64,000 nt of DNA from Octopus bimaculoides. Lineage: Eukaryota. Below the pieces are notes generated by a model that saw only the letters and a list, made by a program, of their open reading frames with translations, did not search any database and had not been told where the DNA came from. Positions 11,628 to 23,500 of the stretch are shown piece by piece; position 1 is the stretch's first letter; each line of letters begins with the position of its first letter. Both the position numbers and the translations under genes were made by a program. The stretch covers positions 31,181,203 through 31,245,202 of the forward strand of contig NC_068986.1 of assembly GCF_001194135.2 (NCBI RefSeq), given 5' to 3'.

Positions 11628-14600
11628 GAAGCTTTTCTTTTTTTACAGATTTACCCTCTTTGAAGCAATGTCAGCAATTGAAATGATGGACCCCAAAATG
11701 GATGCTGGTATGCTTTGTAATCAAACCAAGAGAAAAGTGTTAAATTTTGAGCAATCTATAAAGGTAAATGATTCACTAATGATTTTTGCTCAGTTGAATA
11801 ATTGCTTAGGGTTAGAGCAATGGATGCTCTCCCCATTGTTCCTTGTTGTGGAGTTGGAATGAATTCTATTCTTAGGAAGAGCAGGCAGGTTAATTCAAAT
11901 AGAGTTATGTTTCTTGGTCATAAAACACAACGACCAAGATTTGTGCTTGGATTTCTGAGTTCAACCCTTCAGCATTTAAACTGGACATTCCTAACCAAAT
12001 ATTCTACTTGTCTTATTTTCAAACTGACCAGATCCTGCCTCTTACACCTAGGCTACAATATCATTCTAAAAATAAGCAATCACGTCATTGAAATCTTGAA
12101 GTTACAAGACGATGCATGATTAATTCAAAACAATGTAATAAATAAGCTGTTTAAATGATTGAGTAAGCTGAATGCTAAAGGGCTTAAAGTACTTTGATCC
12201 GAGGTATAGTGCAGTGGAAGTGATGGGATATGAAACTTTGACTTTGTGGTCAGTGGTCAACTACCTAGTGACTTAACTCTGCCTCAGAATTTATTGCTAA
12301 TAGTTAATAGTCAAAGTTATGAGAACATTCCAAAACGTAAAAAAAAAAAGATAATGAAAAACTTAAGGTCAGTAAAATGCCGTAAGCAGAGTTTGAACTG
12401 ATAACCTTTGAATTAGTATTGTAATCATGTATCGGGAATTTATTCGCTATAATCATCATCCTTTTGATAACCAATTTACCTGAGACCGTTCCTGGTTCTA
12501 TGATACAAATCTTACTGTTATAAGGTGTTCATATTTCAATTCAAATAATGTATTATAATTCTATGTAAGAATTTTTTTATCAGTTATATTCTAAACATCA
12601 ATTTAATATTGAAGTTGATTATTTCAATAAATTCTTCTAAATTCTTGAGCATTTTCAAAATTAATCAAAATTCTTTTAGATATATGGCCATGAAAGAATA
12701 AAAATATGAAGAATATTTCTTATGAGTTTAATAAAAAAGCTATGTAAAAATAGCAGCTTAAAGAACAGCATTATGCAACACTAATGCTGATATCCTGCAC
12801 TAGGAATAATAGTATTATGTAACAATATCACCACCAATGTTAAGAAATAACAGTATAAAAAAATTACATATATAATTCATAAAATAGAAGTTATAACTAC
12901 TGATTGCATTTTTTCTTCTTATTTTTCAGGCTAGTACTGTGTCAATAAAAGATCTCAAGTTTCCAAAATTAATTGGTATCATGGATGCTACTTTGGCCTG
13001 TCTAGTAAGTATTTTAGTGACATTATTTTCAATGATCTATACATAAGTTTGTGAACAATGTTTGGTAAATAGGTATGTAGTGTGAGTGTGGCATTCGAGG
13101 AATGTTGCAACCAATCTGTTTTGGAATGTCAGAAGATGCAGATGGTGATTGCATACACACACACACACGAGAGCGTTGCCAGTGCCGTCGAACTGGCTCC
13201 TGTGCAGGTGGCATATAAAATACACCATTTTGAGCATGGCTGTTGCCAGTACCACATGACTGGCCTTCGTGCCGGTGGCATGTAAAAGCACTCACTACTG
13301 TCTCGGAGTGGTTGGTATTAGGAAGGGCATCCAACTGTAGAAACTCTGCCAGATCGGATTGGAGCCTGGTGTAGCCATCTGGTTTCACCGGTCCTCAGTC
13401 AAATCGTTCAACCCATGCTAACATGGAAAGCGGACGTTAAACGACGATGATGATGATATATATATATATATATATGTATTTTGCTTAGGTATAGTGATGC
13501 TAAGAACCTGGTGTTAAAACTCAATATAGTTATGCTTCAGAGAAAGCATTTGTCAGGTACAGAGTGTAATAAATTATATAAATGACAAGCGAACAAGAAG
13601 TTATGTAATGGACTTTAATAGCTTACAGTTGTTTCTGCTATAAGATGCAATGCATTCATAACTGAGTGCTTTTGCATCACCTTACAACTTTGTGCAACGT
13701 ACATGTTTCACTGTGTGTGTGTGATATATATATATATTTTTTTCTATACCCTTGTCTTGACATCATGTGATAATTGTAAACGAGCATCATCATTATATGA
13801 TACTGTTCATTTCCAGTCTTCTGTGGATTGTATATCTGGCTGTGGGAAATATTACTCAGTGTGGTAAATAAGCTCTTCCTGTGGCCAACACTCACTTGTT
13901 TCCAACTACCATGTGATGTCAAGGTGTGGACGGACGGACACACACACACTCTCTCTCTCTCTCTGGGTTTCTTTCAGTTTCCATGTACCAAATTAACTCA
14001 CAGGGTTTGATCAACCTGGGGCTATAATAGAAGGCACTTGCCCCAAGGTGTCATACAGTGATACTAACCTCAAAACCATAAAACCATGTGATTGGAAAAC
14101 AAACTTTTTAACTACACAGTTGTGTGTGTGTGCAAGACAAGATCCTTCTCAACTTTGGGGTGTAGTACTGAGGGAGGTGGCTTTATGCTCGGTGATGAGT
14201 ACATGTTAACAATGATTAGTTAACTTCTGCTATTGTTTCATCTCTTTTTAGGTTACATGGTTAGAGGGACATTCTCTTGCTCAGACAGTATTTACTAACC
14301 TTTATCTGCACAACCCCTACATTATTGAGGACAGATATTTGAAAGCATTCTGTATTTGTATTCTGAAAACTGTTGATATAATTCGCGACAGAGTCAACAG
14401 AGCTGGGGCATTTGAAGAGGTAAGAATTTAAGATTGTAATTTTTTTCAAATTATAAACTTCATCTTCAGAGATTAAGCATTTTTTAATGATTTACATGTG
14501 AAAATGTATTCCATTTTTAGAAATGAGTCTAATGATCTAAAAATTATAATCATGTTAACTCAGTTATCCAAACAGACCCATTCGTTGGAGGATTGTTGCC

Positions 14601-17506
14601 TTAGTGTAACATATCTATTTTTTTAAATACTTCATAGCTTATTAATTCTATAAAGGTCTTGATTTATTTACACTGTATCTAATGAACTGCTTTGAACTGC
14701 TTTTATTCACTTATTCAATTAATTCTACTTATTTTAATTAAAAAGAAAGCTATTGCAATAATTAATTTTGATATTTGTTTGACATACATATCAAACCATT
14801 TTCTTACAATATCAATTAGCGATACCTTTTATATAAAAGTAATTAAGTATTAGAAATTGCATAATGGGTGATGTTAAGGTGCTAGACTATAGATAAAATG
14901 AATAATTACGTAGACTTATTATCTTATTTAATCAACTTACCTCCTTCTGAGAATGCCAAGCATAATAGCAGAAGGTTATTTATTAAAATGTAAACAAGGT
15001 GTAGGCATAGCCATGTGGTTATGGAGTACACTTCACAATAACACAGTCTGAGTTTGATCCTAGTCAATGGTTGTTTACCCTTGTATCAACCAGTACTTTG
15101 TGAGTGGAACTTAGTGGGCTGAAACTATGCAGAAGCCTGACACGTGTTTGTATGTTTATATATATTTGTATAAATTGGTGTATTGAGTTGCCTTCGTCTA
15201 TGTCAAAAACGGGATCTAATGTTTCGATAAATACTGTTTAAATATCGGATTGAAATAAATGTTTGGATCAATGTCGAAGGCAGTGTTCCAGCATGATTTG
15301 GGAACCCAGTGACGAAAACCAGTGCTGTATAGTACTCCTTTACTTACTTTACTGGCACTCCGTCGATTACGACAATGAGTGTTCCAGCTGACCCGATCAA
15401 CGGAACAACTTGCTTATGAAATTAACTTGCAAGTGGCTGAGTACTGCACAGACATTTGTACCCTTCACAGTTCTTTGGGAGATTCAGCATGGCACACAAT
15501 GTGACAAAGCTGGCCCTTTGAATTACAGGTACAACTTAATTTTTACCAGCTGAGTAAACTGGAGCAGCGTGAAATAAAATGTTTTTCTCAAGGACACAAC
15601 GTGCCAGCTGGAAACGAACTCACGACCTTACAATCGTGAGCCGAATACCCTCCTCACTTAGCTCTGTGTATTCCATATTGCTCTCTGAATAAGGTACATA
15701 ACTCTACTTTCTCTTACATAAGAAGAGTTCACTCCCTGTTCACTATTATTTACTATTAACAGTACTAAATGAATTTTGATTTTATATAGTAAACATTTCT
15801 TTAAATATTTTTAGAATGCCTGGTAGTATAATCTCAGTATTTTGTCCATTTAAAATCACAGGAAGATTTTCAACTTGTTACATATGGATTTAAAATGGCT
15901 GCTGAAACTTCAGACGTTCGGGCAATTGGTATGATGAAAGAAGTAGAAGAAGAGGTCAATAGAATCATTAAGGTAATTTCTTTGTTGCTTTCCATTTGCT
16001 TGTTGAAATAGACAAATTTGCTTCAGTGTTCTCCCATTTAAGATCGATGAAATAAAGACTAGTAAAATTCCAGGGATCAATTCGTTCAGCTTCTTTTATT
16101 TAAAAAAAAGTGTTTAGTCCTCAGATAAAAAAATACAAGTACATCACCAATTTTCCAGCAACTGATGGCACCTTTTACACATGAATTTTCTAAAACCTAC
16201 AAAACTTTGTTCCCTCTGTGGTCACAGGTGGCAGTATGTCACTTACAGTCATCTGAGTATACAATGGGTAACCACATGTCTCCTTCCGGTTAAACCGATA
16301 GAGGCCCTGACTCCCGCAACCCCAAAGAAGAAAAAGAAGAAATGAGAGACAGCCGGCGGAGGTTGCTGTGCCGCCGACAGATCCTGACGCTCCACCGGTT
16401 CGTCTAAACTGAAGGATTCTTCAATGGATAACTGATTCAAATGCTTACTGCAATCTAGATTACATTAAAGTGACCACACAAATCAGACAGCATATTCTTT
16501 TTTGTGATGTTATTAGATGAGAAAATATCACCACAAAATAATGCTTAATAATTAATGACATTCTTTGATGTTTTACAGAACACCCGTAGTAAACCAGGCA
16601 CTCAACGAGATTCTGACACACAAACAGAGGTTAGTGACTTAATTTATCTTTCATCTTTTACTTGTTTCAGTCAGTCTGTCTTGAAGAATTTTTAGTCAAG
16701 TGAATCAACCCCAGTTCTTTTTTTTTTTAAGCTTGGTACTTATTCTATCAGTCTCTTTTGCCAAACTGCTAAGTTACTGGGACATAAACACACCATCACT
16801 GATTGTTAAGCAGTGGTGGGGGACAGACACAAAGACATACACACATAGATGATGTGGAGGCACATGGCTTAGTGGTTAGGGTGTTGGCTACATGATTGTA
16901 AGATTGTTGTTTCAATTCTTGGACTGGGTGACACACTCTGTTCTTGAGCAAAACACTTCATTTCACGTTGCTCCAGTCCAGTCAGCTGGCAAAAATGAGT
17001 AATCCTGAGTGTTGAAGAGTATCGTCAGTTATATTTTATTTCACACTATCTCAGAACTTGTTATTTCTTTTCTTCCAGCATTGTTTGTCCGTTGCTGTTT
17101 ATAATAGACTTAAATTTTACCGGATGTTCTTGACTGTATTGATATCATTTAGCAAGGAAAAAGTGAGTAGATTTTACTGTTTTTTACTCTCTCTCTGTAT
17201 ATATATATCTATGTGTTTCTTGTTGTAGTTTAATTTTAAAGTTAGTGTTTAATCCTGCCTATATTTGATTGAATACTGTTGTAGACAGTTTAAATGTGTT
17301 TGAAAGTTGTGTGTTTTTTTTTTTTTTTTGGTATGTTTGTTCCTAAACAGCACTTCTTTTAATGCTGTTGACACTGCCGGATTGAATGGTATTGCTCAGG
17401 TGTCGAAACCATAATGATATCTGTGTAGCAGCTGATGATGGGGGTATGTTGAATTGTTGGTATGGCTGTTTGTGTATATGTGGAAGAGTGTTATAACATG
17501 TCCTTT

Positions 17507-17551
<45 letters not shown>

Positions 17552-20500
17552 CACACACACAAGTGTTAAAAACACACACTGTAAAATATTAAGTTAGGTT
17601 AAAATTTGTATGAATTCCTAATTATTTGGTTTGGTTTTCTTCCATCTATTCATTGCTTTTTTACTCCTTTTCAGATTAATTTAGATCTGTAAACATTTTC
17701 GAGTCAATTTCTTGATATTTTTCTTTAATTTCTTAATTGATTTCTTCTCTTAAACCCTGTAAAGTGTGAAGGTATTTCTCAAGCCCAGCGTTTACTGACG
17801 CAGTTGATAGAACTGGTACCACAGATGAAAAAAGAACTGCCGCTTGGTATTCAAGCAGAGGAAGGTGGAGTTACAAAGACTGGTATGTATTTTTTTTGTA
17901 GTTGTTAGTCTGAAGAAAGGGACATGCCCATAGATTTGTGATAACTTTCCCCCTCACCATCCATCGATTGATTGTTGGGAAGGGTTCATTGGTAAGGAAA
18001 GATAGGTGGGGAAATCGTAGGAGTAGTCCTGAAAGAGTGAAGGGTGTTGAAATAGTGGAGGAATAGTGATGAGAGAAAAAGGTAGAGGGTGGAGTAACAG
18101 TGGGTGTATGTAGGTACTGCTTCCCACCCTCAGCTTCCCATTGTACATTTACATGAATTGTTGGAGCAGTATAATATTTATACCCTAAGTTTGAAATCAC
18201 AACTCCCATTTACCAGTAATCTAATTGAATCAAACATATTTATGTACCATGCAGTTTACCTGTAATTGTTTATTGAGTTTCTATATTGTATTTATAAAGT
18301 AATTAGTGCAAATGAATTCACTTTTGTAGACTATCCAACTATTATGGGCTTTGAACCTCTTGTGAATCAGCGACTGCTTCCACCTACATTCCCAAGGTAC
18401 ACGATGATAAAAAGCCGTGAGGAAGCTCTTGATTATATGGAGAACCAGTTACTTTGTCGTTTGCAGACTGTCACTCTCATTACAGAGATAACCTCATTAC
18501 ATAACATGTTGGTAAGTCAGAATTCCACATTAACTTTGAAAGCTTCAGAATAATTTAAAATTTACTTGGCTTCTTCATTTGTTAGTTATTACACCTGAAA
18601 ATTTAGGAGTAAACGAGCTAAAAACTCTTTGTAGTAACAAATGCCAAACTGAATGTACTTCATTCATCTGTAATCTATCTCCAGAGAAAGAAACAACAAA
18701 CATTTGAAAGACCATTTCAACATGTAAAGACAGTTCATAAGGGTCAGTTGTCCAATACATGGTCATATGTTTTTTTTTTGTCCTTCAAAGTTCTTGACCT
18801 CTCACCCACACTTTTATGCTTGCAAAGGATATTTCCTATTCTTGATACAAAAAGTTTACAACTGGATACAACTTATTTAAGATGGTGAACTGGCAGAATC
18901 ATTAAATGCTGGACAAAATGCTTAGTAGTGTTTCATCCATCATTATGTTCTGAATTCAAATGTCATCGAGATCGACTTAGCCTTTCATCCTTTCGGAGTC
19001 GATAAAATAAGCACCAGTTGAGCATTGGGGTTAATGTAATTGATTTACCCACTACTCTGAAATTACTGGCCTTGTGTCGAAAATCGAAACCAGTACTGTT
19101 TTCCTTTAAAACCTTGTCACAAAACTATCGTCAGTTCAATCAAATTTGTACTTGTACTTATTTTATTGGTCTTAAAAATAGAAAAGGCAGTGTTGACCCT
19201 CAGCAGGATATGAACTTGGAATGTAAAAGAAATGTAACTAAAAATTGCATGCACTCCACCATTCTTAACGTTAACCCAGGTGCGGACTGCGCCGTCAGTC
19301 AATCGGGCACGGCCCGAGGGCCTAGAGCTCCGAGGAGCACGCACTCTACATGTTAGCTCTACTAAAACACACATTCAAAGGGGCCTGGTCAACAGTTATG
19401 CCCGAGGTTCCTTAATACTCTCTGTCCGCTCCTGCGTTAACCCTTCAATTCGGCAAAGCAAATTGAGTAATGTCCCTTGCATACAGATTTCACTTAAACT
19501 TCTACGGCAAAGATTGATCTGATTATTTTGTAGTCAAAAGTTCAGTATCCTGACTATTTCAACATTACAGTCACCACTGAATACATTTTCTGTCTCTATT
19601 ATACAGTAAATTTTGTAATTAAATTTATGAATATTTACTTTTCTATTGCAGGAAATATTTACTGAATTCAGCAAAACCTGTCCATGTGTTCTTTCTAGAT
19701 CTTTACTGCAGGTATGTATGGGTTGTGAATCAACTTTTATTTTAAATGTTAGTGATATTATTATCATTATCATCTTCAAATGTTGTTGTTTAGCTTCAGA
19801 TCAGTCATGGCCATCCCATTATTTTGTATTAAACTCGGCTTGCAAAGACCTGTTGGAGCAAGCGAATGCAAAATCGTGATGGCACCTGTACCAGTGGAGG
19901 ACTAAGAGCACCGTCCGAGCATGATCGTTGCCAGAGCACCAGCTGTCTGGCTTCCGTGCTGGTGGCACGTAAATAGCACCATTTGAGCGTGATCATTACC
20001 AACGTCGCCTTCCTGGCACGTGAAAAGACATTCGAGTGAGATCGTTGCCAGTACCGCTGGACTGGCTCCTGTGCAGGTGGCATGTAAAATACACCATTTC
20101 GCGCGTGGCCGTTGGATGGCTTCACAGGGCCTGGCAAGGCCAGGGGCCTTGTCTGTTTTGGATGCTCTTCCTAATGCCAACCACTTTACAGAATGTACTG
20201 GGTGCTTTTTACATGGCACCATCACCAGTGCTTTTTATGTGGCACCAGCATACACACCAATGCTTTTTATATGGCACCTTGGTTTCAGGATCCCATTTCT
20301 GTTGTGGTTGGTGGGTCTTCTTAGGTACAGCTATGCACCACATATCTTGATCTATCTCATTCCTCTGTCATAATCTTCATAAAGCTCAGCAGTTTGAGAT
20401 TGGCCTTCAATACTTCGTCCCATGTCTTCCTGAGTCTCCCTCTTCCACAACTTCCCTCCACTTTGTGATCCACACTTCTTTATGCAACTGTCCTCATCCA

Positions 20501-23500
20501 TCTGCATCACATGACTAAACCACTGCAGTCTCCTCTCTTGCACACTGCATATAATTCCTCCTATGCCCAACTTCTCTCTCAATACACCAGTGCTTTGTTG
20601 CACATACTGACATTGCACATCTCATAAAGCATACCAGCTTCATTCCAGTACACTCAAACTTACTATGTCTTGGAATCACAAAAAGAAATCTTTCTTCTGT
20701 CTCCCTCTTTTAGTTGCTGTTCTTGCCATTCAACAAGAAACTGTTTGGTATTTACTCAATTGTTGACACTTTGAAAGAAAGCATAAGGAACTTCATCGCT
20801 CCTGTAGCGCTGTTTCCAAAGTAAGTCACATCATTTTTTTTCTTGTAGATTTCCATAATATCTGAAATTTAAATTGGAAACCTTAAATTTCAAATATTTA
20901 CTTTATTTCAAATATTTTTTCATATAGTTACTTTCTTTTGGTTTATTATCACTACTAAATTTAAAATGGCCACTTAAAATACACCACACTTGTTTTTTTT
21001 TTAGTTTGTATTTACTGAGGTGGTGAAGCATGACCTTTGAACATTAGGCCTCACCGAGGCAATGACTAGTGACCGAGACCTTTGGAAATATACTGTGCGT
21101 TAGAAGACCTGGCAAGCCAAGTGAGGCCATAACCCGTGGCCTTTGCCAGAGGTGTAGCCAGCCCATTTATGTGTACCTTTCCTTCATTGAACACTAAACT
21201 CTGCTTGCGAAGACCTGTTGGGGCAAGTGAAATCAAAATCGTAATTGAACCAAATTCGATGACTAACAGCACCATCTGAGCGTGATCATTGCTAGAGCAG
21301 CTGTCTGGCTTCCGTGCCGGTGGCACATAAATAGCACCATTTGAGTGTGATCGTTACCAGTGTTGCCTTCCTGGCACTTGTGCTGGTGGCATGTAAAAAA
21401 ACATTCGAGCGAAGTTGTTGCCAGTGCCTCTGGACTGGCTCCTGTGCAGGTGGCACGTAAAAAACACCATTTGTGCATGGCTGTTGCCAGTACCACCTGA
21501 CTGGCCCTCATGCTGGTGGCATGTAAAAGCTCCCACTACACTCTCAGAGTGGTTGGCATTAGGAAAGGCATCCAGCTGTAGAAACCCTGCCAGATCAGAT
21601 TGGAGCCTGGTGCAGCCATCTGGTTTGCCAGTCCTCAGTCAAATCATCCAACCCATGCTAGTTGAACATTGTGGGTAGTCACTGGGGTGTTTTTTTATGG
21701 TGCAAACAGAATCTTTGATTGATTGTCAACCTTTCTTGTCACAGACCAATTCATGATGACTGTAATAACATGGTTCACAATTGAGTGTACTGTGTTATCT
21801 TGAATCATTGAATCAGTGATAAATGGTTCACTAATAAATGAGGCTGTATGTACTATTCTGTAAACACTAGTTTACATTTGAATAAGATTATGAGCACTTA
21901 CTTACTGGTTTGTTATTTATTCTTCAGATCCTCACTGTATAACAATCCCCAGGCAAAGGAGTATGTTGATGCATTTCTCACTAAAGCAGTGCGTCCAGTC
22001 TGTACAATATTCCAAATAACTGGACACAACAGGGCTCGGCAACGAGAAAAGTGGACTCATATTTTAGAAGAACTTGCTGCACTTCAAGAAGAGGTTCGTT
22101 AATCTTTAATTACTTTATTTATAGACTGTGGTATCTTTTTTCTTTTACAGATTTACATTAACTTCTTTTTTTTGTGCTTGCATGGCTGAGATAGCATTGA
22201 AACTAGTAGATGCTGGTTTTATTGCCTTTAGTTTAAAAAATAAAGGTTTTTAGTTTGAATGCAGTCTGGTGGTATAACATACCTGATAACAATTAGAGAT
22301 AGGTTCATCAAAACATTAAAAAAAAAACCGGCTTCGTCTTTGAAGATGGAAGTTAATTGTCTGAAAAATAATTCTAATTTTTTTAGCATTTAAATCGACC
22401 ATATCAAGCCCATATATTCAGCATATTCTTTCAAACTGGCCAGATTCAGTCTCTCATGCCTACCATATCATTCTAAAAATATACAATCACCTCAGTGTAA
22501 TTTCGAAGTTATGAGATAATGCATGATTAACCGAAACCAATTTGAATAAATAAGCATTATGTCTGACAGAGTAATCTGAATGCTAAAAGGTTAAAAGAAA
22601 TAGGATGTGTAGCATTTATTGAGTTATGTACCTTACGTAGGAACAGGCTACAGCAAATGGTTATAGTAAGCTTTTGAACTGATGATCATTGGACAGTTTA
22701 CATTGTCATCTGTTTGAATAGTGCAGTAAGCAATTTTATTCCTGTACCTTTATGCAAGTTCTATTTTTACAGTTAAAAACAACTATTTTATGATACCATT
22801 GTTCTTATGTGAGAAGATTCAATGTTGATATTACAGCTAACCCAATGTACTTGTCAGTCACAAGTTCAGTGATACTGAGATATTTACTGTCTCTGTCCTT
22901 AACTGTTTTGTTTCCAGGTAAATAGAGCAGGGGTTATTAAGTGCATAGTACTAGTGATGGTAAATTCTATTACATTGCTATGACTCTTTCTATATTGATG
23001 CCACCACACAGTACACAGATATAGCCACTATCACACTAGTACAACCAGCACCACATTCACATTATTCTAACTACACCACTGGAATTGTTGTTAAATTAGT
23101 GGAACAGTATTCAGCGTATCTCTAGTGATGGGGTTGAACTCCTGGCTGAAGGCCATGAGTTTGTATCCTATCACCAGAGATACAATGGTGCTCTGATGTT
23201 TTGGATATCTTCTGTAAAATAATTAATGCTGGCGATTTTGAGTCTTTGACAGCAGACACATTACCTGACTGAAACCTAACTCAACTAAATAAGATGTGGG
23301 AAAAACAAGTAAAAGCAACTTAACGTTTTTCCAGGGTAATGGCTACTTTTTAGAGATCTCTTCATTCATCCACAACTTCTGGTATCCTCCATACTTGAAC
23401 CTTGCTAGAGCTGCTGTGTTATTTTGAAGTTCAATGAAGCTATCTTGTATGTCAATATCAACTTCAGAGGAATCAACAACAAAGGGATCCACAAACCACT

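Noticed and set aside
16345-16435. Frame [25 protein letters not shown] as a selenoprotein exon
   Set aside because: No splice sites in a compatible phase, no SECIS seen, and no recognisable selenoprotein motif.
16247-16490. Definite nuclear RNase P RNA
   Set aside because: The CR-I GGAAG is absent, there is no room for P3, and the candidate terminal helix lies before the CR-V-like motif instead of after it. Kept only as an unexplained structured island.
17395-17445. GAAAC...CTGATGA as a type II hammerhead ribozyme
   Set aside because: Stem II cannot form (T follows CTGATGA) and stems I and III are mismatched. CTGATGA hits at 25328, 39959, 53791 and 58331 also lack a GAAA partner and stems.
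17163-17764. Possible U12-type intron (AAG acceptor, TCTCTTAAAC near the 3' end)
   Set aside because: The donor is GTGAGT (U2-type), not GTATCCTT or ATATCCTT.
18587-18710. Short open frame [14 protein letters not shown]... after an acceptor-like tttgttag
   Set aside because: Its phase is incompatible with exon 10, it shows no homology, and its length is expected by chance.
21260-21530. Regularly spaced GGTGGCACGTAAAA repeats as a CRISPR-like array
   Set aside because: The context is eukaryotic, the intervening segments are homologous to each other, there are no cas genes, and the repeats are part of a LINE 3' UTR.
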